A stretch of 64,000 nucleotides of DNA, from IMG/VR virus record IMGVR_UViG_3300018915_000002; one strand, written 5' to 3'. The position numbers were made by a program, and so were the translations under genes. Source of the DNA: a virus. Of the stretch, positions 39,112 to 46,936 are shown piece by piece. How positions within the stretch are numbered: position 1 is the first letter of the stretch; the number at the start of each line of letters is the position of its first letter. The notes under the pieces are model-generated. The model ran no database searches and was not told where the DNA came from. It saw nothing but the letters and a program-made list of their open reading frames with translations.

Positions 39112-40866
39112 CTAGGAGGCAGCGACTACTCCACTGCAAGCGATATACCAATCCTTAAGACCAGGATTCCGACCTTCCAGTGAACAAATTTCCTCAACGA
39201 GCTTGGTGCGATGCGCCCCAGTTCCGCCAGATCTGCGGTACGCTTGCAATTCGCCCTGAGCTTGGATGTAGCGAACTTGATCGCCTGCCATCGCTTGCTT
39301 TTCGGTATCCCCCTCAGCCCCACTGGCAACTAAGTCCACCAGATTCCTCGTGATGCGAGGAGGTTGCCGCTTGGGATTGATGGCATCCAAGATTTCACTT
39401 TTTAAGGATTCGCGATCGCCCTTAATTACCTCAGCCATCGCTTGCACTAACTCTGATCGTTCCTGCTTGCGCTGCTCTTCCGTCTGAGCTGTCTGCCGCT
39501 GAGCTTGGACTTCCTTACGTTCTGCTTGGATTTCGCCAACAACTTTTGAAAGTTCACCAACCTCAGTCCTCAATTCCTTTTGCCCTTCAATAGCCCGCTT
39601 ATTGTCTTCGGCGAGTCCACTCAGGGTTGTGTTCATTTGCTGGAAATAACGTTCAATTTGTTCTGCGTCCATGTCAGTTTCTAGTGAGGTAGTTTGGGCT
39701 GATGATGCTGCGACCTCTAATTCCGAGGATTCCGTTGCGGAGGGGTTTTCCTCTGCTGGGTCTTCATCAGAGGAAGCAGCAATTCTGGTTTGGGTCTTCT
39801 GGTAGGTGGCACGAGCGGCGTAGAGGATATTCGCCCCAAGGATTTCCAGAGAATCGATATGTGAAACTCTCGTCCCTCCAACAATCGCGGGACGAGTAAG
39901 GGCATGAGCGTTCATACTCATGCCTAAGATGTCTTGATTTGAGGCGATAAGCTGAACTTTCTCGCCTTGGCTCCAAGGGAACAGGTGGCCTTTTACAAGG
40001 AACTTATTCTCCTCAATCCGAGCCGAAGTCATGATGCCGACGATGTGGTTATTGGCGTGGCACGACAGGCTATCGTCAGCATCCAGGGGAAGTCCACCTG
40101 ATGCGTTAATTGCCGTAGCTGCTGCTTCAGCGACATGGCGAGGCACATAAAGGGGGAGGTCTGAACCCTTTGACGGAGCGCATTCTGATGGCTCATCAAT
40201 ATAGAAAAGAACCCCTTCAATTGGCAGGCAATTAGGCATCGAACGAGGCGATCGCACGGTAGCTGCCGCCTCAATTTCATGAACCTGGCACGTAAATTCC
40301 AGTTCCAGTTCCTTTGGTTGCCCTTGCGCCTGTACAACATCCTCGGTGGTCACGGAACTCCGTGGTTCCTCTTTCGCTGAGGCGTACATCGGATAATTGG
40401 GAGGTGGAAACATCATCTCCCCGTCGTACCCTGGAAACTTATCAATTTGATCTTCTAGGAAGTCATTGAGGTCATTCAGGATTTCTTGTGCGATCGCACT
40501 TCTATCCTTCTCGGTTCCGTAGTAGCGATCAATTTGGGTTTCCGTCATCATGAAAAGCCCCATAAAACGTGATCGAAACGTTTCAATCGCCGTAGAAATG
40601 GAACTTTGCCAAGCTTTGCTTTTCAGTTCCTCTCCAGCTTGTCCCGCTGCGATCGCGTCAGGTTCGGCTTCTTCCCCTAATTCCTCAATGCGATCTTCTA
40701 GCTGTTCTCCAAGCTTTTCGATGTCCCCCAAGAAACCACGCAAGTCATTAACGCTGGTTACTTTAGCGTCAACCAGGATGCTTCCCACTTCTTTGAAGAG
40801 GGATTTCATGCGATCAGTATTGCGTTGGGATAGAACTCGTCCAGCCGCTTCAAGAGTTTTTGCCAT
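39112..40866 (-). CDS. Prohead protease fused to coiled-coil scaffold
   Basis: Lies between portal and capsid. AGRVLSQRN N-terminus, central SCH...IVG...KGHLF...LGMSM...GANIL domain, C-terminal coiled coil. Confidence 0.7.
   Translation of the reverse strand: MAKTLEAAGRVLSQRNTDRMKSLFKEVGSILVDAKVTSVNDLRGFLGDIEKLGEQLEDRIEELGEEAEPDAIAAGQAGEELKSKAWQSSISTAIETFRSRFMGLFMMTETQIDRYYGTEKDRSAIAQEILNDLNDFLEDQIDKFPGYDGEMMFPPPNYPMYASAKEEPRSSVTTEDVVQAQGQPKELELEFTCQVHEIEAAATVRSPRSMPNCLPIEGVLFYIDEPSECAPSKGSDLPLYVPRHVAEAAATAINASGGLPLDADDSLSCHANNHIVGIMTSARIEENKFLVKGHLFPWSQGEKVQLIASNQDILGMSMNAHALTRPAIVGGTRVSHIDSLEILGANILYAARATYQKTQTRIAASSDEDPAEENPSATESSELEVAASSAQTTSLETDMDAEQIERYFQQMNTTLSGLAEDNKRAIEGQKELRTEVGELSKVVGEIQAERKEVQAQRQTAQTEEQRKQERSELVQAMAEVIKGDRESLKSEILDAINPKRQPPRITRNLVDLVASGAEGDTEKQAMAGDQVRYIQAQGELQAYRRSGGTGAHRTKLVEEICSLEGRNPGLKDWYIACSGVVAAS
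40351..40364. repeat. CACGG-N4-CCGTG palindrome #11 (intragenic)
   Basis: CACGGAACTCCGTG, in a linker of the protease/scaffold gene. Confidence 0.9.
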
Positions 40867-41089
40867 AATACGCAAAAAGCGGGGGCAGATATAGATATAT
40901 CTGCCCCCGCTTGAGGTTTTTAAATTTTGGTTTGGCTCTAATTATAGAGCCAAGATTGTTGGTTTTGCACTAGATTCAACATTTTCGATAAGCGCTGCAA
41001 CCAAATCAGTGAGCCAATCAAGGAGCATTGAATAATTTCATGGTTACTTAAGGCAATTGTAGGCGTTCCTATATTCCCAAGCAATCTGC

Positions 41090-42610
41090 TCAAAAAAGGC
41101 TTAACTGAATTGGTTCTTCCCTTGCTGACGCTTGAATCGTTACCTTTTTCGCCTTAGCTGCCACTTGCCTTCCGGCTGAAGGGTTCATTTTAGTCGGCTT
41201 TTTTCCGCCCTTTTTCCCGTTTTTTTCTGCGGCAGGAGTATCCTCCTCATCCTTCTTGGCATCCTCCTTTTTCGTCTCAGCTTTAGGATCTTTTTCAGCC
41301 TCCTCATTAGGATTTGGCTCCTCCCCTCCTTCTGCTGGTGCCTGACTTGCGTCAGCGGCGAAGTTGTCTTCTCCAGTAAGTGGAGGAAGTCCAACGAATG
41401 CACGACCTTCGTTCCGGGTGACCAGTTTCGCGGTCTGATAAAGCATATTCGCCCGATTCGCTTCATCAATTTCTTTGGTGGGCTGATCATCGGCAAGGCT
41501 GATGCTAAAACCTTCCGCATAGAAGTTAATGACTTTGTTATTAATATGCTCTACAATTGCTTGAGCAATAGGAAGGATAGCATCTTGAAACGAATGCGAT
41601 TGTGCGACATCAGCCGTCGCATAACTATCCTCTGACTGCGTGCCGAAATCTCTATGGCTGAGGCCAAATTCTAGGGCAAGCAAATTTGTGAGGTACGTGG
41701 TATACCCCATGTATAGCTCTTCATCATTCTTTGCCCCAAATTTTACTACACTGACCTTCCCCCCAATAACCGGGATTTCGCCCATCCCAACCACTTGGGT
41801 GCGCCAATACTCCCGAAAAGCGTCTATCTCATTGCCATCAGCGTCTTCGAGGGAAATCATGTAGTCGCGCACGGCATTATTTACGGTGCGCGTCTGATAT
41901 CCATGAAGCCCTAGCCAATGATTCATATCGTCATAAGCCAACCTCACCGGGGAAGGCGGGACGATATCCTGAGTCGATGCTCTCGACTGAATCAGGAACA
42001 TATTTTTGTTGTAGATTGGCACCCAGTCCTGCGGTTTGGCTCCCTTTGGAACGTACCAGAACCGAGGGTCAATGCCTTCTCGACTCGCATCCCAGTTAGG
42101 GTCAAGCTTAACCTGAGTGCAATCAACTGCCCATAACCAAAATGGTTGCGACTTGTTGTCGATTGGTGGCTGGCGCTCTATTACACCCGTACCGAATACC
42201 AATAAATCCCTAACAATCGCTTTAACAAGCTTGGTGTAGGTATCATGAATATCCTGCGAGGGTTCCTTTAATGCGGCTGTTAGCTCCTTTGCCTTATCGT
42301 GTGCTGCCTCGTTTTCCTTGTCCTCGTCCGGTGGCTTGATCGTCCATTGCATCGATGCCACACCATTCCCAATTCGCTCGATCGCACGATCAAACAAAAT
42401 GGTTTGGCTCATTTGCTTCAAGTCTTCTGGGGTAATTGACCCTTGCAAAGACTTGTAGAAGAAGCTGCGCGGATCAAAATATCCTCCAGCATCGGCTTGA
42501 GTGCGATCGCCAAGTACACTCAAGCGACGGTCAGCCCCTTGCGTGAAGGAGCGAGGAGAAGGCACGGTTGTGGCGGCGGCGCGTTGGATGGGGCGGACTT
42601 TAGATGGCAT
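41090..42610 (-). CDS. Portal protein
   Basis: RAIERIGNGVASMQW...VRDLLVFG...PSPVRLA...EFGLS..DFG...ILPIAQAI...IN...VTRNEGRAFVGLPP. Confidence 0.9.
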   Translation of the reverse strand: MPSKVRPIQRAAATTVPSPRSFTQGADRRLSVLGDRTQADAGGYFDPRSFFYKSLQGSITPEDLKQMSQTILFDRAIERIGNGVASMQWTIKPPDEDKENEAAHDKAKELTAALKEPSQDIHDTYTKLVKAIVRDLLVFGTGVIERQPPIDNKSQPFWLWAVDCTQVKLDPNWDASREGIDPRFWYVPKGAKPQDWVPIYNKNMFLIQSRASTQDIVPPSPVRLAYDDMNHWLGLHGYQTRTVNNAVRDYMISLEDADGNEIDAFREYWRTQVVGMGEIPVIGGKVSVVKFGAKNDEELYMGYTTYLTNLLALEFGLSHRDFGTQSEDSYATADVAQSHSFQDAILPIAQAIVEHINNKVINFYAEGFSISLADDQPTKEIDEANRANMLYQTAKLVTRNEGRAFVGLPPLTGEDNFAADASQAPAEGGEEPNPNEEAEKDPKAETKKEDAKKDEEDTPAAEKNGKKGGKKPTKMNPSAGRQVAAKAKKVTIQASAREEPIQLSLF

Positions 42611-42671
42611 GGGCAACAAAAAAAACCGAAGCTTTGGATAAGCCCCGGTGTGGGTTTTGTAAGTTTTAGGT

Positions 42672-42685
42672 CACGGAGTTCCGTG
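42672..42685. repeat. CACGG-N4-CCGTG palindrome #12
   Basis: CACGGAGTTCCGTG, upstream of portal. Confidence 0.9.
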
Positions 42686-42695
42686 GTGAGATTAA

Positions 42696-42887
42696 TTAAC
42701 GTTCGCGATCGCTGGTATACTCAAATTCCCCTTCCTTTAATGGATAGCAGGCATCTTTTGCGTCTGGGTAGAAGCTGTATACTTTGCCTCCACTATCGTC
42801 TATTCCGAAGTATTGAACCCAGCCTTCTTCTCCTGGTTTTTCATCATTGGGGCGATAGAGTATCCTAACGATTCTTGCCCTTCTCAC
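42696..42887 (-). CDS. Small hypothetical protein
   Basis: Coupled to the upstream ORF. Confidence 0.45.
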   Translation of the reverse strand: MRRARIVRILYRPNDEKPGEEGWVQYFGIDDSGGKVYSFYPDAKDACYPLKEGEFEYTSDRER

Positions 42888-43915
42888 GACTCGCTCCCCT
42901 TTTCTCCTAATTGAGACAAGGTAACGTACTGCTCCATCTGCGCCAACTCTCGGCGCTCCTCTGGAGTGGATTCCACGAATGAGAACGTGTTGCTAATGCC
43001 AAGGTTGTGCATCAGCCGATTAATGCCCTTATTGAGGATGACAGCAAGAGGAATGATCATCTCCTCATACCCTCCGCAATCCCCAAGTGATTTTCGTAGC
43101 GATTTCTCCATGTCTGTCCCTTCTAATAAGGGGACGTAGATATGGAATAAAACCCTAAGAGTGGCTTCTGCTATCCAATCTCCATACCCCTGGATATCGC
43201 TTGTCTGCCCTTCCCCCAGGATAATGCCTGTAGAGGGAGCGGGTGGCACAATTATCCCAGAACTGAGGCGCTGAGGTTTCTTCTCCTCTCCAAATTGGCT
43301 TTGCCACAACGAGGCATACCCTGACTTTGGCTCTGGGATTTCTTCTAGGGCTTTCTGGAGGGTGAGTGAGGCATCGAAGATGTGGACAAAGTCCATCTTG
43401 GGCAGTGAGTTTCGCTCACTTGTTACACCCAGCTTGGTTGCGATCGCATCCATTATCTGGTTGATCGGGGAGGGCAGCCCCCACATCTCATCGTGAGTGA
43501 TGTCAAATTTCCCGTAGGACGGGAATATCGCAATTTTCTGATCACTCAAATAGATGTCCCCGTTCTCTCGGTGATGATATACCCATCGGAAAGTTTCTTT
43601 TGGCTCTGTACTAGACCATCCCTTCAACGGGAAGAGTTCAGCCGGAAAGCATTGCATCAGTACGAACTTGGCATTATCAGTGATAGCCGTTTCGTAAGTG
43701 GCGAAGTTTAGCGGCAGCATATCTAGTAGTGTCCGCCTGATGAAACTTTCGTAACCCATGCCCTCGCCTGGGTAGGTGATCGCATGTTGTAAGGCTGTGT
43801 CTTCTGAAGCTAGTTCCCACGGGATAGCGGCAATCCTTGCCGCTATTCTTTCTACTATCGCCCGGAACGCTGGCACAGTGTCTCTGAATCTCAGTATATT
43901 TTGCAGGCTTTGCAT
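42884..43915 (-). CDS. Diverged second portal-like protein
   Basis: Collinear motif matches to the adjacent portal: RAIVERIAARIAAIPW, FIRRTLLDML, LPSPINQ, SLWQSQ, IIPLAVILNKGIN. Confidence 0.65.
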   Translation of the reverse strand: MQSLQNILRFRDTVPAFRAIVERIAARIAAIPWELASEDTALQHAITYPGEGMGYESFIRRTLLDMLPLNFATYETAITDNAKFVLMQCFPAELFPLKGWSSTEPKETFRWVYHHRENGDIYLSDQKIAIFPSYGKFDITHDEMWGLPSPINQIMDAIATKLGVTSERNSLPKMDFVHIFDASLTLQKALEEIPEPKSGYASLWQSQFGEEKKPQRLSSGIIVPPAPSTGIILGEGQTSDIQGYGDWIAEATLRVLFHIYVPLLEGTDMEKSLRKSLGDCGGYEEMIIPLAVILNKGINRLMHNLGISNTFSFVESTPEERRELAQMEQYVTLSQLGEKGSES

Positions 43916-43978
43916 GGATAGATGAATAATTTTTATTCCATTCTTTCATGTTTTACCTATGTTGGGCGGTTGATTGAC

Positions 43979-43992
43979 CACGGACTTCCGTG
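43979..43992. repeat. CACGG-N4-CCGTG palindrome #13
   Basis: CACGGACTTCCGTG. Confidence 0.9.
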
Positions 43993-44051
43993 ACACAAAG
44001 AAACCCCGCACCTTTTGGGGTACGGGGTTGGGGTGTGCGATCGCGCACTAC

Positions 44052-44618
44052 CTAGATTCGGTTAATGCCTTCCTTGATCAATACGGCTTCTCCATCATCT
44101 GAAACATAGAATTCGGAATGGCAATTATTGCACTTAAGTTCAAAACGTCCAGGTTGATATTGCTCAATTAATTCTTCTGTGGCATCGGAGCCGCAACTGG
44201 GGCAGGGAGGTACATTGGGAACCTCATCGAAAAATGGGCTAACGATATCGCCTAGAATCTTTGCTTTGCCAGCAATGGAATCTGGAGCCGTTCGACGTTT
44301 CTCAGAGTCTTTTCTGCTTGATATGGCACCACCTAAAACGGCATCACTGCTACCTGGGACACCAAAGAAGCGTCCAGCATTTTCCATGTCTTTGAGCGCG
44401 TGTTCTTGGATTAACAGTGCAATCCTTGCTTGCTCTAAAGTGAACCCTGAGATATTTGAAGTATCAAACCGGGTTTCCTGCCATTCTCCTGTTTCGGGAT
44501 CTGTGAATTGCCAAAAAGAGCAGTAGAACTCTCTTTCGTTGTTAAAGGTGTAGGAATATTTGCGCCCCCTGTAGTAGTCTTTGATCTCGGTTTCTATTTT
44601 TAATTTTATCGGTTTCAT
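44052..44618 (-). CDS. Accessory protein with C-terminal zinc ribbon (CPSC...CNNC)
   Basis: CxxC pairs; AGGAGCAAAGCCATG leader. Confidence 0.65.
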   Translation of the reverse strand: MKPIKLKIETEIKDYYRGRKYSYTFNNEREFYCSFWQFTDPETGEWQETRFDTSNISGFTLEQARIALLIQEHALKDMENAGRFFGVPGSSDAVLGGAISSRKDSEKRRTAPDSIAGKAKILGDIVSPFFDEVPNVPPCPSCGSDATEELIEQYQPGRFELKCNNCHSEFYVSDDGEAVLIKEGINRI

Positions 44619-44680
44619 GGCTTTGCTCCTTTTGGTGCCACCCCTTTCGGAGTGGCTGAATCTTTACTGAATGCAGTGCG

Positions 44681-44950
44681 CTATTTGATTTTCTTGCCTA
44701 TCGCGTGGGCGAAGAAGGCTTTTCCGCAGACGTTTGAAATTGAATCTGCTTCTACCTTCCAGACAAACAACTCAAAGCCGCACTCAATTAGTTGGCGATC
44801 TTCTCGTGTCAGTTTTTTCTTGACCAGCCGTTCAGCTTGCTCAAGGGTTGATACATAGCCAAGAATCCCAAACATTTTTCCGAGTTCTGTATCTCGGACG
44901 TAATTAGAACATCTTGCTACGGGCAATTTCTCAACTGATTTTTTTGTCAT
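44681..44950 (-). CDS. Hypothetical accessory protein
   Basis: Coupled ORF. Confidence 0.55.
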   Translation of the reverse strand: MTKKSVEKLPVARCSNYVRDTELGKMFGILGYVSTLEQAERLVKKKLTREDRQLIECGFELFVWKVEADSISNVCGKAFFAHAIGKKIK

Positions 44951-44953
44951 GGC

Positions 44954-45574
44954 TTACACCTTCAAGTCAATGAAGTGAATAGCTTTCACCGCATCTAGAT
45001 TGGCTTGAATATCCAGGTGATCGCCTGCCAAGAAATCTTTAACTATCGGATTAGCCAGCAAAAGTCTCGCTCCAATAAACGCGGTTCTCTTCTTTCGGTG
45101 ATTGAGTAATCCCAATCCCGAAGGAATGTGGACGACGTTGTAAAAGGAGGAGTCTCCTTTTTGTACAATTGCCACATTCTGGTGAACCGAAGCTGTTGTC
45201 GTTCCCTTTGGTGGGATAGAAACAGCTTTTTTGTGGAACTTGATGTCGATATTTTCTGCTCGAAGGTACGAGGATAAATCTCGACTTATGTTGAGATGGA
45301 TGCGAAAAACCTCGCACAATTTGGCGTGTCTTTCTGGCTCTACTTGTCGAAACCAGCGAATGTCTCGCAGTAAGCAAGCGACTTCGCAGTTTGTGTAATA
45401 GCTCCCTGTCATCCTTTCTACGATGTTCGGATAGCGCTTTAAGCACTCCTCCCACGTCAGATGTTTGTAGTAGCCTACAAACTCTGCGCCATTGGCTATT
45501 TGCCAATCAAGCTGCTCAGGGAGAGCTTCACACTTCTTTCCATCTTTGAAAATAATTGGGACTTGGACGCTCAT
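44954..45574 (-). CDS. Hypothetical accessory protein
   Basis: TGTTACAAT promoter and AAAGCAAAATCATG leader. Confidence 0.65.
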   Translation of the reverse strand: MSVQVPIIFKDGKKCEALPEQLDWQIANGAEFVGYYKHLTWEECLKRYPNIVERMTGSYYTNCEVACLLRDIRWFRQVEPERHAKLCEVFRIHLNISRDLSSYLRAENIDIKFHKKAVSIPPKGTTTASVHQNVAIVQKGDSSFYNVVHIPSGLGLLNHRKKRTAFIGARLLLANPIVKDFLAGDHLDIQANLDAVKAIHFIDLKV

Positions 45575-45656
45575 GATTTTGCTTTAAACGCATACTATAT
45601 CATTGTAACATTATCACAAATGATATAATGAAAGGGTATCCTGTTAAAGCAAAATC
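45575..45656. promoter_or_regulatory. Back-to-back extended -10 promoters with identical TTAAAGCAAAATCATG start contexts
   Basis: ATTGTAACA at 45602-45610 (minus) and TGATATAAT at 45621-45629 (plus). Confidence 0.65.
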
Positions 45657-45974
45657 ATGAACCAATTCAAGGCGTTTGAAATAAGCGATGATGATCGCGC
45701 TACTGCCAAGAGGTACGGAGTATCCTTCCTGGTAGGCAATATGAGCGTTGGTGAAAGCGACCGCGATGTTGTCCGCGAAATCATTAGCCGCTGTAAGAAG
45801 GCGGGAACTATTGAGAGACCCCTTCGCAAGGTTCTAGCGAAGGCAGCAGTTGAAATACACCGCGAAAATCGCGGTTTGTACAACGATGTCGTCGCGGGAC
45901 GCATTGGACGCACAACAGTCTTCAGTCAAAGCAAATTAACTAAGGAGCAAAATCATGTACCAAAAAGGAATTAA
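45657..45974 (+). CDS. Hypothetical accessory protein
   Basis: Leader motif present. Confidence 0.6.
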   Translation: MNQFKAFEISDDDRATAKRYGVSFLVGNMSVGESDRDVVREIISRCKKAGTIERPLRKVLAKAAVEIHRENRGLYNDVVAGRIGRTTVFSQSKLTKEQNHVPKRN

Positions 45975-46275
45975 AGTCTTCTTCACAAAGTATTCCCTCA
46001 ATCGAATCATTGAGATCTCAATGGGGGGAGAAACCTCTATTGAGGCTGTTATCAGTGAAGGGGAGTATTCCTCTCCTTCACACGATGGATACCATTCCGT
46101 CTGGATTGAAAAAGACAAGGTATTTGAGACGGTAAGCGATCGCGACCTGCATTTAACCAGGGAGCTAGCAAGTCGTAAGGTACTGGAGGATATCCAGTTC
46201 CGCAAGAACTACGTTACCGCCCAAATGGACAGACTCAATCATTTAGAAGGTCTATTCAATAGCTTTGTCTGCTAA
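45955..46275 (+). CDS. Hypothetical accessory protein
   Basis: AGGAGCAAAATCATG leader. Confidence 0.6.
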   Translation: MYQKGIKVFFTKYSLNRIIEISMGGETSIEAVISEGEYSSPSHDGYHSVWIEKDKVFETVSDRDLHLTRELASRKVLEDIQFRKNYVTAQMDRLNHLEGLFNSFVC

Positions 46276-46290
46276 ACCAAGTTTCCTCGC

Positions 46291-46338
46291 CACGGAATTC
46301 CGTGGCGCTTTTTTTACTCTCTGCCACGGACTCCCGTG
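46291..46338. repeat. CACGG-N4-CCGTG palindromes #14 and #15 (tandem pair, each extended and followed by T-runs)
   Basis: CGC-CACGGAATTCCGTG-GCG at 46291 and TCTGC-CACGGACTCCCGTG-GCAGA at 46325. Confidence 0.9.
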
Positions 46339-46477
46339 GCAGATTTTTTTTTGCGTTTGATCGCACAAGGCTGTTAAAATAACCGCACAGCAAGAGTTAC
46401 TCCAAGCTCAAATTTCAACAAAAACCCGCGCCGGGGCTTCTTATCCAGGAAGCGTCGGCGCTTTTTATTTATATGCC

Positions 46478-46882
46478 ATGCGTCTCCAGAAACAGGTTTA
46501 CCTAAGTATCGGACCCGTTCGACAAGTTGACTACCCTTCCGATTTTGAAGGGGAGAAAAGTGGAGATGAAGATGATGAAAATTTCTCCATTAGTACCCAA
46601 CCTCGCTTCTTGACCAGTGACGAGATTGAGCTAGCAGAAGCCTACATCAAATCGATACCGGATGCTCAACGCCTCCAGTTCACGGGCGCAGTGATTGTAG
46701 ATCCAGAAGATCCTCTGCTTAATGCTTCTGTCGAAGATCTCAAAAAAATCATTGAGCAAGAAAAACTCAATATCCCCGTAGAGGCAAATGGCGGAACTCT
46801 CCCCCCACAAGCCATAGTTCTGGCGATTCGAGAGGCTGGCTACGAAGGCAACGGCAAACGAGCAATTGCTGGCGGCAGGTAA
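46478..46882 (+). CDS. Small protein preceding the sheath (C-terminal HeH/Rho-N-like helix pair)
   Basis: SVEDLKKIIEQEKLNIP...IVLAIREA. Confidence 0.5.
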   Translation: MRLQKQVYLSIGPVRQVDYPSDFEGEKSGDEDDENFSISTQPRFLTSDEIELAEAYIKSIPDAQRLQFTGAVIVDPEDPLLNASVEDLKKIIEQEKLNIPVEANGGTLPPQAIVLAIREAGYEGNGKRAIAGGR

Positions 46883-46936
46883 AAGCAGGCGATTCGCTCT
46901 TCCCAGCTAACAACTATTCAAATTAAGGCGTGAACT

